A stretch of DNA of 64,000 nucleotides. Source: Octopus vulgaris (lineage: Eukaryota). How positions within the stretch are numbered: the stretch's first letter is position 1; each line of letters opens with the position of its first letter. The notes below the pieces were generated by a model. It was not told where the DNA came from and made no database searches. It was given only the letters and a program-made list of their open reading frames with translations. The stretch is from contig OX597814.1 in the NCBI GenBank assembly GCA_951406725.2, positions 103,540,001-103,604,000 of the forward strand, given 5' to 3'. Both the position numbers and the translations under genes were made by a program. This document shows, piece after piece, positions 54,968 through 64,000 of the stretch.

Positions 54968-55695
54968 TCTGTTCGACTTTTGCTTTACATTTGTACAAGT
55001 TGGCTCCAAATCTCACCCAGAGACCTCAAGAGACAAGTTGGAAGTTAGTTTGCAATCGACCCCTTTTGCTATCATTCCCTGGGCACCTATGACAACCCTA
55101 ACCCACTTTTGCTCTTCTAAGGAGTCCAAGTCTGTAGATATTCTATCAACCCAAGGGGCCTTTTCACTGTGTGTTTTTTCTTCTGACCAAATTTTATCCC
55201 CAAATTCCTGTACTTCTTTTGATGGGACAGACTTTACAGTAACTGGTGTTTTCTCTATCTTCCTGTAAAAATATTTTGGGTTATTTTTGAAGATGTTGTT
55301 GTCCTTGAAGAATCTAACGCGCTTTTCATACCTATGTAGGCAGCTTTAGCACATACCTTTTGCTTGGTGGTTTCTATGGTGGCATCAATGTCAAGTATGG
55401 TTTTCATATTATATTTTTTCTTTAATTTTCGGGTGTTTTAGATTTTGTAGTCTTGTCAAACTTAAGGTTTTTTAAACATTCTAATGTCAGACCTAAGTAG
55501 CTTAATTTTGGTGTTGGATACGCTCTTGCCAAGAAGGCTTTCTGTGGGAATGTTGGCGTTTTCTAATCTTTTCACCACATAGAATCGTTGAGAATTTTGC
55601 GGATGCATAGTACAGGTGGTTGAGAACTGTAATATCAACATCATTAGCTGAAATTATATCCTTAAGTGCAAGGCGGATTTTACCAATTATTTTCA
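54968..55695 (-). mobile_element. Internally deleted family A copy (3' end fused to N-terminal piece)
   Basis: 54968-55097 matches 25128-25460 with gaps; 55100-55695 matches 21414-22010. Confidence 0.8.
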
Positions 55696-55782
55696 GGTTT
55701 TCAGGTTTATTATTATTATTATTATTATTGTTGTTGTTGTTGTTGTTGTTATTATTATTACTATTACTATTACTATTATTGC

Positions 55783-55873
<91 letters not shown>

Positions 55874-55902
55874 ATTATTATTATTACTATTACTATTATT
55901 GC

Positions 55903-55969
<67 letters not shown>

Positions 55970-57290
55970 TATGGTTTTCTTTCATTATAACTTTCTTTCA
56001 GCTGCCTTAGTACCAAGCATCTTCTAGAGGACAAGAGTAGCAAAGACATTTTTGTTTTGCTAAAATTATCACCACATTTATTCCACTTTAGATGGAGAGT
56101 GCTTTCCGTAGTATACGGGCTGTACCCATCAAGGTTATCTTTTGTAGCTCACGGAGATTGGAGTTACCAGGGAGTTGCTTAATATACTTCTCAGCTCCGT
56201 TCTTTATCATTCCCAACGCACCAATTACAACTGGTATTATCGTAGTACTAAGCTTCCACATTTTTGTGATTTCAATTTGCAGATCTTTATAGTGAGAAAG
56301 CTTTTCGTATTCTTTTCTTGAGACATTTTGATCTTGTGGGACTGACATATCTATTAACAGACAAGTTCCTCTCTTGTTGTCCTTGATCACAATGTCTGGT
56401 CGATTGGAATAAATTTTTCTGTCTGTTTGTATTGGGAAGATCCAAAGAATGGTGACGCCCTCGCCATTTGCTACACCCTCAAGACGGTACCACTTATCAT
56501 AAAATTTAATTTTGTCGTATTTACAAGCATTCCAGTGGATGTACTGCCCTAGTCTGTTATGTCTTATGAGGTGCTCCTTTTCAGTGAGGACTGGGCAGCC
56601 AGAAACAAAATGATCAATTGTCTCTGTGAATTTTCCACAAATTCTGCATGAGGGGTCAGATCCATCTTTAAGGTAATTTCTGGTAGGTAAGCTCTGACCG
56701 TTGCACTGCAATAACAAAACCTTTTGTTTCCCTTTCAGACCTGTCCTTTGTAGACATTCGTGTGTTAAATTTTGATCAACATCTAGCTTGGACTGGCGGT
56801 TAGGGTATTTTCCATGCAGGGGTTTGCCTTTCCAGTTGTCTTCCATGTTATTCATGCGAGCCTTCTTTGCTTTTTGTTTGATGTTTTTTGCATCAGTGAT
56901 AGGTTTGTCACCATTTGGGTTTCTTTGGTCTTTCTGATTGTTAATTTCTAAATCAGGAGAAGCAATGGTAGGTCTTTCAGAATTTGGGTGTCTTTGGTCA
57001 TTCTTATTGTTAACTTGCAGGCCAAGAGACTTTTTAATTTTCTTACTAAACTTCTTGACTGAAGCTTGCTTGGAATCTTCATGCTTCAGTGCAGTTCGTA
57101 AGAGCACATCACTTGTTTTATTAAGGTACATTTCAAGGCCTATTTTTGCTGATTTGAGGGATTGTTCGAGCTGTATCAGGCCTCTTCCACCTATTTTTCT
57201 TGGGAGATAAATTCTGTCTACATCTGATTTTGGATGGTGCATTCGGTACCTTGTAAGGATTATTCAGATGTTTCCATCCATATTCAGTAT
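55970..57290 (-). mobile_element. R4/Dong 3' 1.3 kb with open 384-aa thumb-ZnK-RLE frame (56088-57242)
   Basis: MHHPKSD, CRICG..HFVSGC, RHN, NRPDIVI, LLID, KEYEK; (ATT)n on both sides. Confidence 0.9.
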
Positions 57291-57301
57291 TATTATTATT
57301 A

Positions 57302-57985
<684 letters not shown>

Positions 57986-57987
57986 AT

Positions 57988-59065
57988 TATTACCTCCGCC
58001 TTACCGAAGGCGGAGGTATTGTTTTCAGTCGTGTTTGCTTGGTTGTTTGTCCGTGGACAAGATATCTCAAGAACTACTGGATAGATTCGGATGAAACTTT
58101 CAGAGATGTTTGGCCTCGTGATTGGCACAAGCTGATTAGATTCTGGGACGAACTGATTAATTTTGGGATCGATCCGGTGCCGGACGAAGATTCTGGATAA
58201 TTTGTTATATTTACTTTACTTTACATGGAGTATTACGATCTTACGTTCACTTTCAAGTCTTTCTCTGATTATCTCCCTTGAAAATCCACTCATGGTTTCC
58301 ACATAAGTTATGGCGGCTTTGCTGTTACCAAAGTTTTATTTTCGTTTCCCTATTATTAATTTTACTCGCGTCTTTATTTTAATAGAAACTGATGGATAGG
58401 GAAATCAAACTACATAAACAAACGGCAGCAAAACCGTTCAGAAATTAAATAACACTAACATATTCAGTAACAATGATAAATTTAATTTTTCCTCGAAAAT
58501 TTTTAGTTATACCAATCTTGACTATATCGTTCCTGTTTAAAACCTCTTACCTACTTGACAATTGCATTTCTAGCTCATCCTTGAAGGAAGCTTTATTTCT
58601 TGGACTCTCGTTTTTGTGCGCAACGATGTTGTTAAACCTCCGTTAACAGCACCGTATACAGGTCCTTTCCGTTTTCTTTCACGCACGGATAAATTTTTCC
58701 CTATAGACCTTAATGGTCGTAAAGACACTATATCAGTGGATAGACTAAAAAAGGCCTTCATAGAGAAAACTGTCCCTGTTCCCACTGCAGACGACAGCCT
58801 TACAAACACGGCCTGCACCCTCACCTACACATTTCATAACTACCATTGGGATCAATCAAGCACCGGACAAGGATTCCGGATGATTTTTCCGTTTTTTTTT
58901 TACTTTAATTTTTGAGAGCGGTCGAGTTCATTTTTAGTATTCTTGTTTGTGAGAGTAGTTGAGTTTATTTCAGATATTCTCATTTTAAAAATAATCTCCG
59001 GCTAATCGTTGAGATGACGTTGATTTTTTCCTTGGCGGAGGTTTGTGCTCTCTGAGTGCTCTTGT
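57988..59065 (+). mobile_element. Helentron-associated non-autonomous element (HINE/DINE-1-like)
   Basis: 5' subTIR acctccgcc with local partner ggcggaggt; 3' ttggcggaggt followed by short hairpin gtgctctctgagtgc. Confidence 0.72.
58600..58775 (+). pseudogene. Gypsy/Ty3 integrase C-terminal (GPY/F) fragment
   Basis: VRNDVVKPPLTAPYTGPFRFLSRTDKFFPIDLNGRKDTISVDRLKKAF. Confidence 0.75.
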
Positions 59066-59072
59066 TTATTGC

Positions 59073-59133
<61 letters not shown>

Positions 59134-59134
<1 letters not shown>

Positions 59135-60609
59135 TATATTTGACTTTTGCTTTATGTCTGTACAAGTTGGCTCCAAGTCTCACCCAGAGACCTCAAGAGA
59201 CAACAGGTTGGAAGTTCACGTTGTTGTTATGCCTAGTGTGCCATATATTTGGGCTTTTTTTTTTTTGGTGTTGTACTAGTGAATGTCTGATACATAAAGT
59301 AAAAAAAAAAAGTTTGTTTTAAACCTTGGGATTACATAGAGAGTATTTTGCCTAGGATATGAGCAGTTCCCATGAGCACTATCTTTTGAATTTCTGCCAT
59401 TTTGGGGTTTCCTGGTATCTGAGTTAGGTAGCTATCAGCCCCTTTTGCTATCATTCCCAGGGCACCTATGACAACAGGTATTGTTTTAGTCTTCAGGTTC
59501 CACATTTTGCTGATTTCTATTTCAAGATCTTTATATTTGCTCAGTTTTTGGTAAGTCTTGACAGATACGTTTATATCGATTGGGACAGTCATATCAATGA
59601 GGAGGCATGATTTTTGTCTGAAGTCTTTCAATATGATGTCTGGCATAATTGCATCTATCTTTCTGTCAGTTTGCATCTATCTTTCTGTCAGGTGTTACGC
59701 CTAGGGTGCCATATATTTGGTTTTGTACATAGTGTTGTTCTATAGAGTGTTTAAGAAACCATAAGAAAATTATGTTTGTTTTAAAACTTGAGATTACATA
59801 GAAAGTATTTTGCGTAGGATATGAGCAGTTCCCATGAGCACTATCTTTTGCATTTCTGCCATTTTGGTATTTCCTGGTATCTCAGCTAGGTAGCAATCAG
59901 CCCCTTTTGGTATCATTCCCAGGGCACCTATGACAACATGTATTGTTTTTGTCTTCAGGCTCCACATTTTGCTAATTTCTATTTCCAGATCTTTATATTT
60001 GCTCAGTTTTTGGTAAGTCTTGACAGATACGTTTATATCGATTGGGACAGTCATATCAATGAGGAGGCATGATTTTTGTCTGAAGTCTTTCAATATGATG
60101 TCTGGCCTATTCGTATCTTTCTGTCAGTTTGAATGGTGAAGTTCCGGAGGAGTGAGATGTGATCATTTTCAAGCACTGGAGGTGGTTTGTGTTCCCACCA
60201 GTTTTTATCATGGGGCAAGTCCAGGCTTTTGCAAATTACCCAGTGAATATATTGTGCAGCTCTATCATGCCTGTTGAGAAACTCTGTAGGCGCTAGAAGA
60301 CTGCACTTGGAGACAACAGGATCAATGGTTTCATTTTGTTGCTGACATACACGTCATGTTGGGCTACTGCCGTTCTTTAATATGTTGGCCTGGTAGTTTC
60401 TTGTTGGTAGGCATTGATCTTGAGCTGCTATGATAAACCCCTCTGTTTCAGATTTTAAGCCAGAGGCCATTAGCCATTGATGGGTCAGGGCTTTGTCAAC
60501 ATCTGCATTATTCGCTCTCTTTGGGTATTTGCCATAGAGAGGTTTTTCTTGCCTTTTATCATTCAGAATATGTAAGGCCGCAGTTTTAGCACGGGTTTTC
60601 ATGCACGGG

Positions 60610-60613
<4 letters not shown>
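59134..60613 (-). mobile_element. Two head-to-tail family A 3' fragments (59134-59691 and 59692-60613)
   Basis: Near-identical RLE ORFs 59332-59676 and 59794-60093; 60354-60602 overlaps 19829-19920; outer ends abut (ATT)n. Confidence 0.88.
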
Positions 60614-60666
<53 letters not shown>

Positions 60667-61699
60667 CATTATTATTATTATTGTTATTATTATTATTATT
60701 ATTATTATTCCAGCGATTAACTTGATGTGAAAGTCTTCAATTGATTTGTTCCAGTTTCTTTGTAGGTCACCGGTGCTATTACTTGTTGAAGTCAATAAGG
60801 TATTGATTGACTGACTGAAACGTCACTAGTTCGATTGTGTCCCAGGTGCTCCATTGTGTCCATACCTAAGATACTTAAATCTGAACATTTTCATTTGCTG
60901 AGATGGTAGGACTGTCAGTTGCAAGCAGTTGCAAGCATTGCAATAGTGACGAGCTTAGGTCCAAAACTTCCCGGTAAAGCAAATAAATACTGAATGATAT
61001 TCATTGGAGACGCAAAGCGTTATTTTCGGTGGAAACAGTAAATTACATTAATTCAGCCCCGTGTCTGGGATTATTTTATCAACTCCCAGAAAAATGAAAG
61101 GCGAAGTCAACAGCAGCGTGATTTGAAGTCAGAACGAAAGGGCTTATAACTAAATACCATCAATAATATTAATGCCTAAAATTGTGAAAAAGCCACAGAA
61201 TTTGGGGAAGAATGAAAAATAGCTGACGGTTGAAATGGGCCCCGGGGTTTTGGTTTGGTGCTCTTGAGAGGTTGAAATGTAAAGTCGTCCACACAGGGAT
61301 TTGAACTCAGAGTGTTAAATAGTTGTAACTTTAGTATTTAAGCCAACGATTCTCTGGTTCAGTTGTGTTGGCACAGAGACAGAGATCTGGGCCCTTTTTT
61401 TTCTAATATGAAGCTGTTGACTACATCCATCCTTCCAAATTTGTGACTTTAAAGCAAATAATCTTTGCTGGGATAACGGCGAAATCAACTCAGTACTTCT
61501 CATTCTCACTGAGCAATATGGAGGCACGCCTGGATCAGGCAAAACACCTTGTGAAGGTGAATGGACGAACATAAGTCGCTATCCTAGCCAAAGTGATTTT
61601 GTTGATGCCATAAACCTCTAGTGTAGCCTTCCGTACCATACAAGCGGCATCCTGGCTTTCTGCTGCATCACATGCACCATTGGGTTCCGGCTAAAGCCC

Positions 61700-63700
61700 G
61701 ACGTCTAAAAGCAGCAACAGACGTCCAAGTAGAAAGAGCCTTGAAAGGCAGCTAGAGAGCGTGGACGGTCCTTTCATGAGCGAAGACCACGCGCTGAAGC
61801 ACTCCATAGCTCCCAAGCACAACAGGGAGCTCCCCTCAACCCTATATAATTACAGAGAAAGGCATTTGGTGGTTGCTGACCTATGTTGCTTTGAAAAGCT
61901 TATTCGCGATACTCTGGTAGGTGAGGCACAGACATGTTCCATACCAAACAGATCCATCCACGACAACCTCAACCTCATTTGATATATCTTAGAGAGAGTA
62001 GGTGAGCTCTGATAAATTCAGATCTGTAGAAGGCTTTCCATATGATCTGCCATCAATACTTGACGGCTGAAATGAAGGCAGCTGGTTTTGGACTCGTGTT
62101 TGGAGGCAGGATCGCTACCATGTAGAGCGAATGGCCAGCAGTTGGAACCGTTCAGTACTATGCGTTCGGTATGTACCCATTCAGTAAGTACTGACCCTAA
62201 GGTCACTACAGTAGCAGTTGGAGAACAAGGGTGCGGAAGATTCGTGTTTGCATATGCGGACGACATCACCGTTACAGTGTCGGACACGAACGCATCGAGG
62301 TGATCGATGAGGAACTACGAGGAACTGCGAGAATAGGATCGGAGCGAAAATTAACTCAAAGCAGTCAATGAACCTGCAGTTGGGCAGTTGGAAAGGCAAG
62401 TCCATGCCATCTAAAAGCGTCGTAGGGTGACGAAGTGATTAAATTGCGCGGGATTTGGTTTGCTTCGCACTTCCAGGTGGACAAAAACTTGGATAAGGTG
62501 ACGAGCAGATTGGTTTGTTTCACTCAAAACTAGACTGAAATTGAACTACTTATGAAGGGCCGAGCGGAGGTGATGAACACCTACTCCGCATTCAGCTTCT
62601 ATTACTGCCTTGTCGCGCTTCATGGTTGATCAGAATGGAAAGCTTGCTCTTTCGCTTTTTGTGGATAGGATGCATTCTGCTGGTCGGACGGTCCATTTGT
62701 TGCTCACATCCACTGCCTGGTCGATTGGGCATGCCGTGGATGGTGATCTACCGACACGTGTCGAGGCTACTGCATTTTCTACATTTCCTTGATGGTGATC
62801 AGGTGTTGTTGCTGCTTGTTGGAAGCATTTTTCCACAGCTCGTCTTTTTGTCAGTGATGCAGTTCTGGATCAAACGTAGACCGAGGCAGGGCACTTGCAC
62901 CTTGAGAGCCGTTAGGCACTCAAAGCCCTATATCAATCGGGCGATGTTTCACCAGGACGTTCTGTAGAAGGTTATTGGTGGCTAAGAGCGACGACGTTCT
63001 AGGAGAAACTTTGGATACTCTCTTTTTACTCTTTTACTTATTTCAGTCATTTTGACTGTGGCCATGCTGGAGCACCGCCTTTAGTCGAGCAAATCGACCC
63101 CAGGACTTATTCTTTGTAAGCCTAGTACTTATTCTATCGGTCTCTTTTGCCAAACCACTAAGTTACGGGGACGTAAACACACCAGCATCGGTTGTTAAGC
63201 GATGTTGGAGGGGGGGGACAAATACAAGCACACACATACACACACACACACACACATATATATACACATATACGACGGGATTCTTTCTGTTTCCGTCTAC
63301 CAAATCCACTCAAGGTTTTGGTTGGCCCGAGGCTAAAGTAGAAGACACTTGCCCAAGGTGCCACGCAGTGGGACTGAACCCGGAACCATGTGGTTGGTGA
63401 GCAAGCTACTTACCACACAGCCACTCCTACGCCTATGATAATCGTTGATGATAATCAACTGGCTGGTCTTTTCTGGAGGATTTTCGGGCCGGGGCCCCAT
63501 GAATAATTTTCAGAAAATCTCTAACCATGCAGTACTACCGGAATGTGGGAATGGAGCCGTATTGCCGGTTCGGGATAAGCTCAACAGGCATGATAGTGCT
63601 GCCAGCCAAGCCTGCACGAGATGCGCGTAATGCAATAAATCTGCTCTGCACGCACACGTACATTGCTCGGGAATGATTGAGTTATGGAATTATGTCGAAC
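61700..63700 (+). mobile_element. Tx1/L1-clade LINE relic, split by a SINE
   Basis: QTCSIPNRSIHDNL, FAYADDITV, GAKIN; after the SINE, LPVRDKLNRH..CTRC (zf-RVT-like). Limits approximate. Confidence 0.68.
63017..63433 (-). mobile_element. tRNA-derived SINE (18023 family)
   Basis: Near-identical to 18023-18458. Confidence 0.85.
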
Positions 63701-64000
63701 AGTCGCCATTACGTGTAGGATGGATCTGGCTATCGGCCAATTCCATTGTAGCGATATTGATATCCTCACTGTTTGAGGGACACAATAAGAATGATCTCGT
63801 TTGAGATTACAACCACCTTTGGCTAGTTTGACCCTGTTGTGTCCACTGATCTGATTGGTTGGCATCTAGCACGGTCTGTCTCTCTACCTATTTCGCACCA
63901 GAGTGTGAAACCAACCAATCACGGCCTTCGGGTAAAGCCTGCTTCTTGATGCCTTTCTTTGAGCCTACCACGGGCTATAAATAGGCTTGCATTTTCACTA

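Noticed and set aside
55700-55970. Duplicated compound (TTA)/(TTG)/(CTA) block
   Set aside because: Ordinary slippage or unequal exchange within a microsatellite.

Overview
Eukaryotic, AT-rich, microsatellite-dense DNA made almost entirely of mobile-element sequence. The SINE repertoire and repeat load suggest a cephalopod, probably Octopus (inference). I found no convincing host gene. Almost all ORFs in the track are microsatellite artefacts or transposon fragments. Contents: (1) 0-15 kb and 43-44 kb: Penelope-like elements (PLEs) in (TA)n tracts with 5'-inverted pseudo-LTR arms. One keeps an open 612-aa RT + GIY-YIG frame, one keeps only a GIY-YIG fragment between ~2 kb inverted arms, and several are tiny hairpin remnants. 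(2) Type I hammerhead ribozyme motifs sit near the ends of these PLE arms. Across families they show three Watson-Crick states of the catalytic 3:8 pair (C3:G8, U3:A8, G3:C8), the most striking observation here. (3) 19-33 kb and 49-61 kb: nested R4/Dong-clade RLE non-LTR retrotransposons in (TAA)n, plus one family that abuts (CATA)n instead. (4) A mariner, an internally deleted Tc1, a hAT-type MITE, a tandem Helitron pair, a Helentron-like element carrying a Gypsy integrase fragment, RTE, CR1-group and Tx1/L1 relics, and many tRNA-derived SINEs with swapped tails. All folds and alignments were done by eye. Boundaries of decayed elements are approximate.
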